Made by a program: the position numbers and the translations under genes. Of a stretch of DNA of 64,000 bases, positions 39,347-49,487 are shown piece by piece (within the stretch, counting starts at the first letter, position 1; each line of letters starts with the position of its first letter). Source of the stretch: Parcubacteria group bacterium Gr01-1014_31 (GTDB lineage Bacteria > Patescibacteriota > Patescibacteriia > Buchananbacterales > GWA2-38-13); assembly GCA_007376135.1 (NCBI GenBank), contig VMFR01000001.1, positions 142,554 through 206,553 on the forward strand, written 5' to 3'. The notes beneath the pieces are model-generated. The model saw nothing but the letters and a program-made list of their open reading frames with translations. It was not told the DNA's origin and made no database searches.

Positions 39347-39422
39347 GGGTCCATAGCTCAGTTGGTAGAGCAGCTCCCTTTTAAGGAGACGGTCGCAGGT
39401 TCGATCCCTGCTGGACCCACCA
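39347..39422 (+). tRNA. tRNA-Lys(TTT) with CCA (ordinary, not nested)
   Basis: GGGTCCA TA GCTC AGTTGGTA GAGC A GCTCC CTTTTAA GGAGA CGGTC GCAGG TTCGATC CCTGC TGGACCC A CCA. Confidence 0.95.
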
Positions 39423-39430
39423 CCAATTCT

Positions 39431-40237
39431 ATGTTCACGGCCATTTGGGACACCATCGTTTTCAAACCGCTGTTCAACTTCCTCATCTTCCTGTACCAGC
39501 GGTACACCGGCTACAACCTGGGAATTGCGGTGGTCTACATGACGCTGCTGTTGCGGATCGTTTTGCTGCCATTATCGGTCATGGCCGAACAGGGCAAAGA
39601 ATTCTACCGCCGCATTCACACCAAGATCTCGGAGGCTCAGCGCGATTTCGCCGATGACCCGGTCCGCCAGAAGCAGGCCATCCGCGAGCTCCTGAAGCGG
39701 CATAAGATCCGCCCTTGGACACGGGTGGTGGTGCTGTTGTTCCACATCCTTATTTTGATCGCCTTGTACCAGGTGTTCGTTGGTGGTCTGACCCGCCAAA
39801 AATTCGGTGCCCTCTACCCTTCGGTCGCTGCCCCGGACTTCATCAACACGAACCTGTTCTGCTTCGACTCGGTGCACAAGGTCGGCTGCCTGGATATCGC
39901 ACAGTCGAATTTGTGGTTCGCCGCGGTCGTGGCGATCGTCCTCTTCATCGAGATCACACTCTCCCAGCGCGGCTTGCGCAGCAAACTTTCCCAACCGGAG
40001 ATCGTCTACCGCTTCCTTTTTCCGGCGTTCACCTTCGTCGCGCTGGCGTTATTGCCCTCGGTGAAGTCGGTCTTCATTTTGACCTCGCTGCTGTTTTCTA
40101 TTATTATTAGTCTCGGGGGCACGGTATTTTTTTCCGCCGGACGCCGGCGCGAAGCGCAGGCGGAGATTAAAAAAACCGCGCCGCAAACCGCCGATGACCC
40201 GCTAGCGAACAACTACTATGGCCGACAGCCTCGATAA
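39431..40237 (+). CDS. yidC: YidC/Oxa1 family membrane insertase
   Basis: PLFNFLIFLY...LGIAVVYMTLLLRIVLLPL, coiled hairpin, LIALYQVF. Confidence 0.8.
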   Translation: MFTAIWDTIVFKPLFNFLIFLYQRYTGYNLGIAVVYMTLLLRIVLLPLSVMAEQGKEFYRRIHTKISEAQRDFADDPVRQKQAIRELLKRHKIRPWTRVVVLLFHILILIALYQVFVGGLTRQKFGALYPSVAAPDFINTNLFCFDSVHKVGCLDIAQSNLWFAAVVAIVLFIEITLSQRGLRSKLSQPEIVYRFLFPAFTFVALALLPSVKSVFILTSLLFSIIISLGGTVFFSAGRRREAQAEIKKTAPQTADDPLANNYYGRQPR

Positions 40238-40793
40238 GATCATGTACTCGTTCGTGGTGGAGGACGTCCTAAAGGGCTTCTTCATCCATGTGCCGCCCGG
40301 CTACGTGGCGTGCGTGTACGACCTGGGCCGCGGGGTGCTGCGCAAAGTCTACGAGCCGGGCCTGCACTTGAAGATACCTTTCTGGCAGAAGGCCAAGCTC
40401 TTCAATACCCAAACCCTTGAATACAACATCAATCGCAACTTCGACCCCAACAAGCCGCGTTTAATGGGCGACCTTCCGATCATTTGCAAATCATCCGACG
40501 CCCGTAACGTGAAGGTCGAGGGGACCATCCTGCTGCGGCTGGACATCGATCGCATCCCGGAGATCTGGCAGAGTATCGGCGAGGAATTCGTGGAAAAGAT
40601 CGTCCGACCAACCGTCCGCAGCCGTATGCGCCTGGTCGCGGCCCGCCACCCCTCCTCCGACCTCATTACTTCCAAACGGGACTCGGTCGAGATCGAGGCC
40701 CAGCAGGAACTGGAGCGGGTGTTCTACCCGCGGGGAATCCTGGTGGAAAACGTGCTTTTCTCGGATATTGAAGAGGTTTTTAAGACCTCCTAG
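40218..40793 (+). CDS. SPFH/prohibitin (band 7) domain protein
   Basis: VPPGYV, EPGLHLKIPFWQ, IVRPTVRS, RGILVENV. Confidence 0.85.
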   Translation: MADSLDKIMYSFVVEDVLKGFFIHVPPGYVACVYDLGRGVLRKVYEPGLHLKIPFWQKAKLFNTQTLEYNINRNFDPNKPRLMGDLPIICKSSDARNVKVEGTILLRLDIDRIPEIWQSIGEEFVEKIVRPTVRSRMRLVAARHPSSDLITSKRDSVEIEAQQELERVFYPRGILVENVLFSDIEEVFKTS

Positions 40794-40810
40794 CGACCCC
40801 TGACGATCTC

Positions 40811-40838
40811 AAAAACCCGCCTGCCTGGCGGGTTTTTT
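40811..40838 (+). terminator. Intrinsic terminator
   Basis: AAAAACCCGCC-tgcct-GGCGGGTTTTTT. Confidence 0.75.
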
Positions 40839-40905
40839 CGGCTTTGTAATCGGGCTTGTCGGAGGCTGGGGCGACTGCTACAATACCCCCGCTTCTTCGG
40901 CACGT

Positions 40906-42285
40906 ATGACTACCCCTGAACCGCTGCTCGGACGCGTCCCACCGCAGAATCTTGAGGCTGAAGCGTCGCTCCTGGGGGCGCTCCTCATCGACCGCGATGC
41001 CATCATCAAGGTGTCTGATTTGCTGCACCCGGAGGATTTTTATAAAGACTCCCACCGCCACATCTTCGGTACGATGCTGGAGCTGTTCGAACGCCATGAG
41101 CCCATTGATCTGCTGAACCTGAGCAACCGTTTGGAGGAACGCAAGCAGTTGGAGGGCGTCGGCGGCCGCACCTACCTCACGAGCCTGACCAACCTCGTCC
41201 CCACCGCCAGCCACGTCGTTTCCTACGCTACCATCGTCCAGCGCAAGGCCACGTTGCGGCGGCTGCTGTCGGTGTCCGGCACGATGGCGGAGCTGGCGTT
41301 CCACGAAACCGACGATGTGGTGCGCCTGCTGGACGAAGCCGAGCAGCTCCTCTTTTCGGTCACGCAGCGATACCTGCGGCGGTCGTTCACCCCCATCCGT
41401 GAGGTTCTCACCGAGGCCTTCGATCGCATCGACGAACTGCACAAAGAGAGCGGCAAGCTGCGCGGCACGCCCACCGGTTTCCGCGATCTGGACAGCAAAC
41501 TGGCGGGCCTGCAGAACTCCGACCTTATTATCCTGGCGGCGCGGCCTTCCATGGGGAAAACTACGCTGGCGCTGGACATCGCGCGCCAGGTAGCAGTCAA
41601 GGGCAAAGTCCCGGTCGGCATCTTTTCGCTGGAAATGTCCAAGGAGCAGCTGGTGGACCGCCTGCTGTGCGCCGAAGCGGGCGTGAACCTGTGGAAAATG
41701 CGCACCGGCATGCTATCCGACCAGGGCGAGAACGACGACTTTACGCGCATCGGCCATGCCTTGGGCGTGTTATCCGAGGCACCCATTTTTATCGATGATT
41801 CCGCCAGCGCCAACATTATGGAGATCCGCACCAAGGCTCGCCGTTTGCAATCCGAACATGGGCTGGGCTTGATGGTCATTGACTATCTGCAGCTGATGGA
41901 AGGGCGCGGCGCGGAAAACCGCGTCCAGGAGGTCTCCGAGATCTCCCGCAGCCTGAAGGCCATCGCCCGCGAGCTTAACATCCCAGTCATTGCGCTGTCG
42001 CAGTTGTCCCGTTCCGTGGAAGCGCGCGAGACGCACGTGCCGCGCCTGGCCGACCTGCGCGAATCTGGCTCCATCGAGCAGGACGCGGATGTCGTGATGT
42101 TCATCTACCGCGAAGCCATGTACTCGCGCGACCTGCCGCCGGACCGCAAGAATATAGCCGAGGTGTATATTGCCAAGCACCGCAACGGTCCGACCGGCAA
42201 AGTGGCGCTCTTCTTCGACGAACAGCGCGTGACCTTCAAAACGGTGGAGAAACGGATCAACGACGACGCCGGACCTTCCTTTTAA
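40906..42285 (+). CDS. dnaB: Replicative DNA helicase
   Basis: PPQNLEAE, AARPSMGKT, IDYLQLM, LSQLSR, DLRESGSIEQDAD, AKHRNGPTG; no intein. Confidence 0.97.
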   Translation: MTTPEPLLGRVPPQNLEAEASLLGALLIDRDAIIKVSDLLHPEDFYKDSHRHIFGTMLELFERHEPIDLLNLSNRLEERKQLEGVGGRTYLTSLTNLVPTASHVVSYATIVQRKATLRRLLSVSGTMAELAFHETDDVVRLLDEAEQLLFSVTQRYLRRSFTPIREVLTEAFDRIDELHKESGKLRGTPTGFRDLDSKLAGLQNSDLIILAARPSMGKTTLALDIARQVAVKGKVPVGIFSLEMSKEQLVDRLLCAEAGVNLWKMRTGMLSDQGENDDFTRIGHALGVLSEAPIFIDDSASANIMEIRTKARRLQSEHGLGLMVIDYLQLMEGRGAENRVQEVSEISRSLKAIARELNIPVIALSQLSRSVEARETHVPRLADLRESGSIEQDADVVMFIYREAMYSRDLPPDRKNIAEVYIAKHRNGPTGKVALFFDEQRVTFKTVEKRINDDAGPSF

Positions 42286-42306
42286 CTCATTCTTTACACC
42301 CCGCAT

Positions 42307-42594
42307 ATGTTTCAAAAACTGAAACAGTTCAAGGAGTTGCGCTCGGCCGCGAAGACCTTGCAGCGCGAGCTTTCGGGAGAGCACATCACCATCGAACGCA
42401 ACGGCATCACACTGGAACTGGACGGAAACCTTGATGTCCAGCGCCTGACGCTGCCGCCCGGCATGAACCAGCAGGAGCTGGAGCGCCGTCTCCCCGAGGT
42501 CATCAACCAAGCGATCGACAAAGCGCAGCGGGTCGCAGCGGATAAGATCCGTGCCCGCGGCGGACTCGAGGGGCTCGGTTTGGGCAAGAGTTAA
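42307..42594 (+). CDS. YbaB/EbfC nucleoid-associated protein
   Basis: 95 aa, characteristic pattern and position upstream of recR. Confidence 0.8.
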   Translation: MFQKLKQFKELRSAAKTLQRELSGEHITIERNGITLELDGNLDVQRLTLPPGMNQQELERRLPEVINQAIDKAQRVAADKIRARGGLEGLGLGKS

Positions 42595-42615
42595 GTCAGG
42601 GACGCGCGCCGTCCG

Positions 42616-43242
42616 TTGTCTCTCGTTGCTGTGGGTTACTACCCCCGACCAATTTTGGAGCTGATCACCCAATTCAGCCGGTTGCCGGGCATCGGCCTGA
42701 AAACCGCTGAACGCTTGGTCGTGTTTTTGGCCGGACGCACAAAAACGGAAGTGGAGCAGTTCGGACGCGCCGTGCAGGCGCTGGCGGCGAGCCTGCAGAC
42801 CTGCGGTGAGTGCGGCAACTTTTCGGAAGGCAGCCCGTGCGCCATCTGCCGCAATACCTCCCGCGACCCGCAGCTCCTCTGCGTGGTGGCAAAACCGCAG
42901 GATCTGCTTGCGATCGAACGGACCGGCCAATTCACCGGGCGCTACCACATCCTCGGCGGCACAGTCGACCCGATCGTGGGCATGACCGTCGAACAGTTGC
43001 GCTTCGACGCCCTCTTGCGGCGTATCAAGCGCGATCAGGTGCGCGAGGTGATATTGGCATTCAACCCGGACGTCCCGGGCGAGGGAACGTCACTGACGGT
43101 CAAACATCTGCTGCAGCCGTTAGTGAAGGAGGGCGGTTTACGGGTGACCAAGCTTGCCCGCGGGCTCCCGCTGGGTTCGGATGTGGAATACGCGGATGAA
43201 GTGACGCTGTCCCATGCCTTAAGCAACCGGCGCGAGGCGTAA
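42616..43242 (+). CDS. recR: Recombination protein RecR
   Basis: LPGIGLKTAERL, C4 Zn finger, LARGLPLGSDVEYADEVTL. Confidence 0.96.
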   Translation: MSLVAVGYYPRPILELITQFSRLPGIGLKTAERLVVFLAGRTKTEVEQFGRAVQALAASLQTCGECGNFSEGSPCAICRNTSRDPQLLCVVAKPQDLLAIERTGQFTGRYHILGGTVDPIVGMTVEQLRFDALLRRIKRDQVREVILAFNPDVPGEGTSLTVKHLLQPLVKEGGLRVTKLARGLPLGSDVEYADEVTLSHALSNRREA

Positions 43243-43273
43243 CTGCGTTGAAGGTATAAAAAAGGCGGGTGCC

Positions 43274-44695
43274 CTAGGGCACCCGCTTGGCGGTATGTGT
43301 GGACGGTACGAACGGCGGGTAGTCCCCCGTCATGCACGCGTCGCAAACGTCGCGGCCTGGGAACAAACGTTCGCGGAACCCGGCGATGGAAAGATGCGCG
43401 TAGCAAGACTGAAAGCCCGAGATCGAAAGATGGCGCAGGCTGTCGGCGCCGATGTGCTGGCGGGTTCCCTCGATCGTCATGCGCGCGGCGATCAATTTGT
43501 CCGTGGTCGGTGTGGCGATGCCGTAGTAGCAGGGCCCAGTGATGCGTGGCGATGCCACCGCAACATGCACCGCGCCGGAACCGACCGCTTTCATCATTCG
43601 AACGACCACCCGAAGCGTATCGCTGCGGACGATGGAATCCTCAACCAGGAAAATGTCGCGACCCCGCAGCACCTCCTGGTTAGGCATGTGTTTCTGCGCC
43701 GCCAGTCGTAGACGGTCGTCTTCGCTGTGGCCTAAAAAGGCGCGTACATCGCGGCCAAGTCGCGTCCGGTTGATGCCACTCATGACCGGCAGCCCGAGGC
43801 GGTAGGCGAACGCGTTGGCCGCATCGCGGCCGGAATCCAGCATCGCTACGACCGCGCTCACTCCGACGGGGATACCCTCACCAGCGAGTACCTCTTCGGC
43901 CAGCACGGTACCGCACGCGGTGCGGAACGGGAAAACGCCGCTGCTGCCCGGGCTCATGAGGTACACCCGCTCGAAGCTGCAGCAGTAGAGCCGCGGCGCG
44001 ACGGGACGATACTGGATCGCCTGCGGTACGAGGTCGGGCCCGATGCGTACCATCTCACCCGGTCGGATCTCCCGCACCTTCGTCCAGTCCGGAGAAAATG
44101 CGCAATCCTCAGAGGCGACCGCGTAGCCGCCGTCGGCGCTGGCCAGCCAGAGTGGGCGGAAACCCCAGGGATCGCGCATGGCGATCAGTTGTGTGTCATC
44201 GATCAGCGCCACCAGGCTCCACGCGCCTTCCACATGCCGGAAGGCTTCCTGCAGGCGTTCGACCAGGGTGTTCCCTGGCGTCTGGGCAACCAAATGCAGG
44301 AGCGTTTCGGTGTCGGATCTGGCCCGGTAGACGGTCTGCATGGTTCGGCGGTATGCGTCGACCGACTTACCGTGGATGGCCACCGTATCGCCGTTGACGG
44401 CGATCGCGATCCGCCGACCGCCGATCTCGCCCACCAACGGTTGGGCGTCTTCCAGACTCCCGGCGGTGGCGTAACGGACGTGTCCGGCGGCGGCGCGGCC
44501 CTGGAACTGATCCAGCGGCAGCCGCTGCGCCAGATGGCTGGCAGAGCCGAGGCGATTCTGGTGCCGCAGCCCCTCCGCGGTCACCGCGGCGAGCCCCGCC
44601 GAATGCGGCCCACGGCCCTCGATCTCGACCATCATTCTGAGGACCGCCGCAGCCGCATCGGGCGTCGGTCCGATGTAACCGGAAACTCCACACAT
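43274..44695 (-). CDS. purF: Amidophosphoribosyltransferase-like protein (divergent PurF)
   Basis: N-terminal MCG, GHVRYAT, RDPWGFRPL, CSFERVY, EDSIVRSDT, PCYYGI, CDACMTGDY. Confidence 0.82.
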   Translation of the reverse strand: MCGVSGYIGPTPDAAAAVLRMMVEIEGRGPHSAGLAAVTAEGLRHQNRLGSASHLAQRLPLDQFQGRAAAGHVRYATAGSLEDAQPLVGEIGGRRIAIAVNGDTVAIHGKSVDAYRRTMQTVYRARSDTETLLHLVAQTPGNTLVERLQEAFRHVEGAWSLVALIDDTQLIAMRDPWGFRPLWLASADGGYAVASEDCAFSPDWTKVREIRPGEMVRIGPDLVPQAIQYRPVAPRLYCCSFERVYLMSPGSSGVFPFRTACGTVLAEEVLAGEGIPVGVSAVVAMLDSGRDAANAFAYRLGLPVMSGINRTRLGRDVRAFLGHSEDDRLRLAAQKHMPNQEVLRGRDIFLVEDSIVRSDTLRVVVRMMKAVGSGAVHVAVASPRITGPCYYGIATPTTDKLIAARMTIEGTRQHIGADSLRHLSISGFQSCYAHLSIAGFRERLFPGRDVCDACMTGDYPPFVPSTHTAKRVP

Positions 44696-44787
44696 GAGAT
44701 ACCTCCCTTCAAGGTACGATTTGGCAAATTGACGAAGAACGAACGGCTCACCACTGTAGTCCTCCCGGACCCTGCGGTCAAGCGCGC

Positions 44788-44820
44788 AAAAAAACCGCCG
44801 TCCGAGGTGCGGACGGCGGC
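44788..44820 (-). terminator. Intrinsic terminator after rplU
   Basis: GCCGCCGTCCG-cacct-CGGACGGCGG followed by a T-run on the minus strand. Confidence 0.75.
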
Positions 44821-44839
44821 TGAAGTTCGGATTTTTGGA

Positions 44840-45145
44840 CTAGATCGAAGTGATCTCGAGCGTAGTTGCCGGGTGGCGGTACCCGTGTTTCCGTCGGTAG
44901 CGCACCTTGCGCTTGAACTTGATGACCGTAATCTTTTTCGCGCGGCCCTGCGCGGCGATCTTGGCCTTCGCCGTACCGCTCAATTCCGGTTTACCGACCG
45001 CGACCTTGTCGTCCCCTTCAAAGGTAAGCAGCACGGGGAACTCGATCGTGGCGCCCACCTCTCCGGCCACATAGTCCACGGTCAAACGGCTCCCGACATG
45101 GACGAGGTATTGTTTTCCGATGCACGTGATGACTGCCTGTTTCAT
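44840..45145 (-). CDS. rplU: 50S ribosomal protein L21
   Basis: GKQYLV...KITVIKFKRKVRYRRKHGYRHP. Confidence 0.93.
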   Translation of the reverse strand: MKQAVITCIGKQYLVHVGSRLTVDYVAGEVGATIEFPVLLTFEGDDKVAVGKPELSGTAKAKIAAQGRAKKITVIKFKRKVRYRRKHGYRHPATTLEITSI

Positions 45146-45194
45146 ATGCGGAGAATAAGGTATTGCTAGACTATAGCGGAAACCGGTCTCGCCG

Positions 45195-45668
45195 TCAAGG
45201 GATATTACCCTCTTGGACGAGGTCGCCGACGGCGAGGCCCGCGCGCTCCGCGAACCCGGCGGGCACCTCCAGGACGGCATCAACGTCCACGGCGGGACGG
45301 TACAGCGGCAACGGGCCGCTGCCGGACGGCGGCGGCACGTCGGCCGTGATCTGGACGATCTTGCCCCCGCGGATCCAAAGAAAATCCAGCGGCATGAGCA
45401 TATCTTTCATCCAAAATTGCGGACGTTGCGGCGGCACGAACGGAAAAAGCATGCCGCTCCCGTCCGCCAGGCGGGCGCGACCAGACAAACCCCGCGCCTT
45501 GCGTTCGATGGTATCGGCGATTTCCGCCTGTACCACGGCCCGCCCGATATTCAACGTGACCATAGATAATGGAGGGTCGGCCTGAGGACGCGCTCGCAGT
45601 GTGAGCCAGGCGAACGGCAGCAAAGCCACGAGCGCCGCTCCGGCGATTCCCATAGTGCGTCCCTGCAT
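45195..45668 (-). CDS. DUF192 family protein
   Basis: EIADT...RGLSGR...GMLF...FWMKDMLMPLDFLWI...VLEVPAG. Confidence 0.88.
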   Translation of the reverse strand: MQGRTMGIAGAALVALLPFAWLTLRARPQADPPLSMVTLNIGRAVVQAEIADTIERKARGLSGRARLADGSGMLFPFVPPQRPQFWMKDMLMPLDFLWIRGGKIVQITADVPPPSGSGPLPLYRPAVDVDAVLEVPAGFAERAGLAVGDLVQEGNIP

Positions 45669-45673
45669 ACGCA

Positions 45674-46705
45674 TTAGGCGCTTCGGGGTTTCCTGCTCCA
45701 GCGCAACAGCCACGTTACGAGTACCACGAGCGCTGCCAGCGCGGCAAGCTTTCCTTTCGGCGAGGCCACCAGCGCCGCCATGCCAAATCCCGCCGAAAGG
45801 GAAGAAAGCAGGGCAACCACCTGGCGCGGCGACCACCCCCGTTCGATCAAGCGGAAATGCAAATGGCGCCGGTCGCCGCGGGCGATCTTGGCGCCGTGCC
45901 GGATACGTTCCACGATCACCCAGGCGGCATCGGCCACCGGCACGCCCATGACCAGCAACGCGGTCGTGATCTTGCTGCCAGAAACTATCGCCAGCAGCCC
46001 GAGCGTGAAGCCGGTAAAGACGCTCCCCCCTTCACCCAGGAACAATCGCGCGGGACTCAAGTTATGGGGCAAAAAGCCGATACAGCTGCCCGCGAACGCC
46101 AACGCCAATACGCCGGTGGCGGCTGACGGCGCGTCCCAGGCTAGACTCACTCCAAAAATAATCAACCCCCCGACCGCGCTGATGCTGGAAACCAGCCCGT
46201 CGAGTCCGTCCAGAAGCTTGGTCGTGTACATCATCCCGACCAGCCAGACGAACGTGAGCCAACCGGAGATCCACCACGGCACAGAGAAAACTCCGCCCAA
46301 GGGGTTGGTGACCAACTCGATGCGTACGCCGCCAGCGAGCACGACCGAGGCGGCAACCAGCGGCCCGAGCAATTGCGCCGCCGGCGGTAGGCGAAAACGG
46401 TCGTCAATGAATCCGACCGCCATCAGCACGGCGCTGCCGAGTCCGGCGGCGATCAACACGCCGGCGGTACTGTGCTCGTCCGGCAGCCAGCCCGCATTCC
46501 ATAAGAATATGGCGGCGCCCAGTACGCTGCCCCACAGCGCCAATCCGCCCAGCAAGGGAACCGGCCGGGCGTGCTGTTTCCTTCCGGCATCGGGCTGGTC
46601 CACCGCGCCGACCCGCCGCGCCAATGCGCTGACAAAAAATGAAAGCGCCCACGAGGTGAGCGCCGCGCCACCGAGTACCGCCAGATAGAACCACCAACGG
46701 GACAT
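45674..46705 (-). CDS. MraY/WecA-family undecaprenyl-phosphate sugar-1-phosphate transferase
   Basis: RKQHARPVPLLGG, GFIDD, LDGLDGL, FLGEGGS, DRRHLHFRL. Confidence 0.9.
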   Translation of the reverse strand: MSRWWFYLAVLGGAALTSWALSFFVSALARRVGAVDQPDAGRKQHARPVPLLGGLALWGSVLGAAIFLWNAGWLPDEHSTAGVLIAAGLGSAVLMAVGFIDDRFRLPPAAQLLGPLVAASVVLAGGVRIELVTNPLGGVFSVPWWISGWLTFVWLVGMMYTTKLLDGLDGLVSSISAVGGLIIFGVSLAWDAPSAATGVLALAFAGSCIGFLPHNLSPARLFLGEGGSVFTGFTLGLLAIVSGSKITTALLVMGVPVADAAWVIVERIRHGAKIARGDRRHLHFRLIERGWSPRQVVALLSSLSAGFGMAALVASPKGKLAALAALVVLVTWLLRWSRKPRSA

Positions 46706-46715
46706 AGCATCCGCG

Positions 46716-49487
46716 CTAGAGTACAGCCGGTTTTTTGACCGTCACTGAACCCCCGACGTCAAGGACGATCGTATCGCGCCGCTGTAGTTCGCCGCGGAGG
46801 ATCTTGGTAGCGATCACGTCGTCTACCCGCTCCTGGATGACGCGCCGCAGCGGTCGGGCGCCGTACTGCGGGTCGAATCCCGCGGCAGCCAGCTCATCGA
46901 TCGCCGCCTCGGTTGGCTGCAGCGCGATACCCTTGGCTTCCAAATGTTCCCCGACCTCTGCCAGCATCAAACGGGTGATCTGCCGCACTTCCTTGCGGCC
47001 CAGCGGTTTGAATACGACCACGCTGTCGAAGCGATTCAAAAATTCAGGTCGAAAGTGCTGCTGCAGCTCGCCGCCCATCAGCTGCTCCTTGATCTCGGGC
47101 ACCGCTACCCCCGCACCGACCAAACGCTGGATCGTCGGCGTGCAGGCGTTCGACGTCGCAATTAAAATGACGTTGGTAAAATCGATCGTGCGGCCGACCG
47201 CGTCGGTCAAGCGCCCGTCATCCATAACTTGCAAAAAGAGGTTCAATATCTCGGGGTGGGCCTTTTCGATCTCATCCAACAGCACGAGGGCGAACGGCCG
47301 CCGCCGTACCGCCTCGGTCAGGTATCCCCCGCTCCCAGCGCCGGAAAACCCGGGCGGGGCGCCGAGCAAGCGGTTCACCGAGGACTGCTCCTGGTACTCG
47401 GACATATCCAGGCGGATCATCTCACTCCCCCGGCCGAAGTACACCGCCGCCACGGTCTTGGCCAGCTCGGTCTTCCCTACCCCGGTCGGACCGAGAAACA
47501 GCAGGTTGACGATCGGGCGCCGGGTATCCCGCAATTCGGCGCGTGCGCGGCGGATGGCTGCGGACACGACGGTCACCGCCTCCTCCTGGTCCACCACGCG
47601 CTGATGGATATCGTCTTCCAGACGAAGCAGTTTCTCGCTTTCCTGCTGGGTTACGTCGGTCAGCGGGATATTGGTTTTCTCCGAAACCGTGCGGGCGACA
47701 TCCTGCCCGCCGACGTTCGCCTGCCTCCCCTTTTCGTTCAAGACGCGTACCGCCGTCTCATCCAAAATTTCTATCGCTTTTTCCGGTAGGAACCGGTCGT
47801 GCAGGTAGCGGCTACTCAAGGCAACGGCCTGTGCCAGCGCATCATAAGTAAAGAATACCTGGTAGCGCGCCTCCAACGGCCCGGCCTTGGCCTCCAGGAT
47901 CTGGATGGCGGCGTTCGCTTCCGGTTCTTCGATGTCCACCTTCTCCATCACCTGCCCGAGCGCGTGATTCTCCAGATATCGGGCGTAGTCCGCCGGCAAG
48001 GCAGTGGCAATGACCTGCAGGCCAGTCTGCGTCATAGCTTGGGCCAGCGCCCCGGCCAGGTCGAGCGCCGCCCCCCCGCCGGAGGTAATGCCAACCATCT
48101 TGGTGATGTCGTTGAAGAAAACGATGATGTTGCCGGAACGCTGCGCTTCCGACAAACAGTGCAGCAAGCGCTCCTGGGCCTCGCTCGGGCTGACCCCGCT
48201 GATCAGGCGCGCGACGCTGATGGAAACCAGCCGTTTGTCCTGCAGCATCGGCGGCACCTCTTCGGCGACCATGCGGCGCGCGATGCCATTGATAATGGCT
48301 CGCTTGCCGATGCCGGGATTACCCACCAGCAGCACATTCTGGCGCGCACCGGCGGCCAGGACGCGGAACATCTCGGCCACCTCGCGCTCGCGATCCTGGC
48401 ACGGTTCCAGGAATCCGACTTTCGCCAGTTGGGTCAGGTCCTGGCTGAAGTGGTCCAAGAACGGCGTTGCTACCGCGGTCATCGTCCGGTTGACCCCGGT
48501 GTGTTTGGAGCGATACGCGGCCTTGCGGCTGAACTGTTGCCCATGCTCCCGCTGTTCGCGCCGTACGCGCAGCCATACCGTAACGTTGGCGATCTTGTCG
48601 CCGTCGACGTTCAGATCGTAGAGCAGTTCGCGAACCAACTCGGAGGTCTTCACGCAGGCCTCCAGCAGTTCCGGCAAGTCGACCTTCTTCTGGCGTCCGA
48701 TGAACGCCTGGGCGTAGGCGGCCAGCAGCACCTCCCGCAATTCCGCCGACATGGATAAACGATTCCCCGTCGGCACCGCGTACCGGGGAAGGAGTTTAAT
48801 GATGCGCCGCCGCAGCTGGTCGAAGGAAACCCCCAGGCGGACGAACATCTCCGCAGTGGCCGGGAAGGTTAGGATGGAGACCAGTAAGTGTAGCGGCGCG
48901 ACGACCTGATGATTTCCGCGGCGGGCCAGCAGCCACGCCTTTTCGACCGCCGCGACCGCCGGTGCGCTGTAAAACTGGGCCAAGTCGAACTGCCGTACGC
49001 GGGGCACCTTCACGGCCGCTTCCCAGCGGTCCGGCAACGGCGATGGCTCGGCCTCGCGCGCGGCGCGACGCGGCAGATGCCGGATCTTGGACAGCTCCAT
49101 CGCAAAGTGAAAGACCAGGTAGCTGTCCGACAACACCGACATCCAGAACGTCAGCATCCCGACGCTCTCGCGGCGGTAAAACTGCCACAGCGGGTAACCC
49201 GCCTGGTTCAGGCGGGAAAGCTCCCACAGCAGGCTCCCCGCCCCCAGCGCCGCGAAACACAACAGCAGCGTCAAGACCGCATGCTCCGCGATCGTGAATA
49301 CCTGGCGCTGCCGCAAGTGCCAATCATCGATAGCGCGGCCCCAATACAACAGCCAGTCTCCCTGGCGCCCGACCACGGCGCGTCCGCGGCAAGTAGAACA
49401 CCACGACTCACCGGTCACCCCCGCGCCCTCGCAGGTCGGGCAGCGGTACGCGGTCACCAGCGGCGGGTCTTTCGGCCTAGGTGCCAT
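46716..49487 (-). CDS. Membrane-anchored ClpA/B-like AAA+ protein with N-terminal Zn ribbon and 2 TMs
   Basis: CPTCEG...CSTCRG, TMs, Clp-N, degenerate first AAA module (GNPGIGKR/FFND), intact second ([18 protein letters not shown]). Confidence 0.85.
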   Translation of the reverse strand: MAPRPKDPPLVTAYRCPTCEGAGVTGESWCSTCRGRAVVGRQGDWLLYWGRAIDDWHLRQRQVFTIAEHAVLTLLLCFAALGAGSLLWELSRLNQAGYPLWQFYRRESVGMLTFWMSVLSDSYLVFHFAMELSKIRHLPRRAAREAEPSPLPDRWEAAVKVPRVRQFDLAQFYSAPAVAAVEKAWLLARRGNHQVVAPLHLLVSILTFPATAEMFVRLGVSFDQLRRRIIKLLPRYAVPTGNRLSMSAELREVLLAAYAQAFIGRQKKVDLPELLEACVKTSELVRELLYDLNVDGDKIANVTVWLRVRREQREHGQQFSRKAAYRSKHTGVNRTMTAVATPFLDHFSQDLTQLAKVGFLEPCQDREREVAEMFRVLAAGARQNVLLVGNPGIGKRAIINGIARRMVAEEVPPMLQDKRLVSISVARLISGVSPSEAQERLLHCLSEAQRSGNIIVFFNDITKMVGITSGGGAALDLAGALAQAMTQTGLQVIATALPADYARYLENHALGQVMEKVDIEEPEANAAIQILEAKAGPLEARYQVFFTYDALAQAVALSSRYLHDRFLPEKAIEILDETAVRVLNEKGRQANVGGQDVARTVSEKTNIPLTDVTQQESEKLLRLEDDIHQRVVDQEEAVTVVSAAIRRARAELRDTRRPIVNLLFLGPTGVGKTELAKTVAAVYFGRGSEMIRLDMSEYQEQSSVNRLLGAPPGFSGAGSGGYLTEAVRRRPFALVLLDEIEKAHPEILNLFLQVMDDGRLTDAVGRTIDFTNVILIATSNACTPTIQRLVGAGVAVPEIKEQLMGGELQQHFRPEFLNRFDSVVVFKPLGRKEVRQITRLMLAEVGEHLEAKGIALQPTEAAIDELAAAGFDPQYGARPLRRVIQERVDDVIATKILRGELQRRDTIVLDVGGSVTVKKPAVL

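Noticed and set aside
44696-44790. Purine/ZTP/PRPP riboswitch upstream of purF
   Set aside because: The leader is short (about 50 nt from the predicted promoter) and no aptamer consensus is recognisable.
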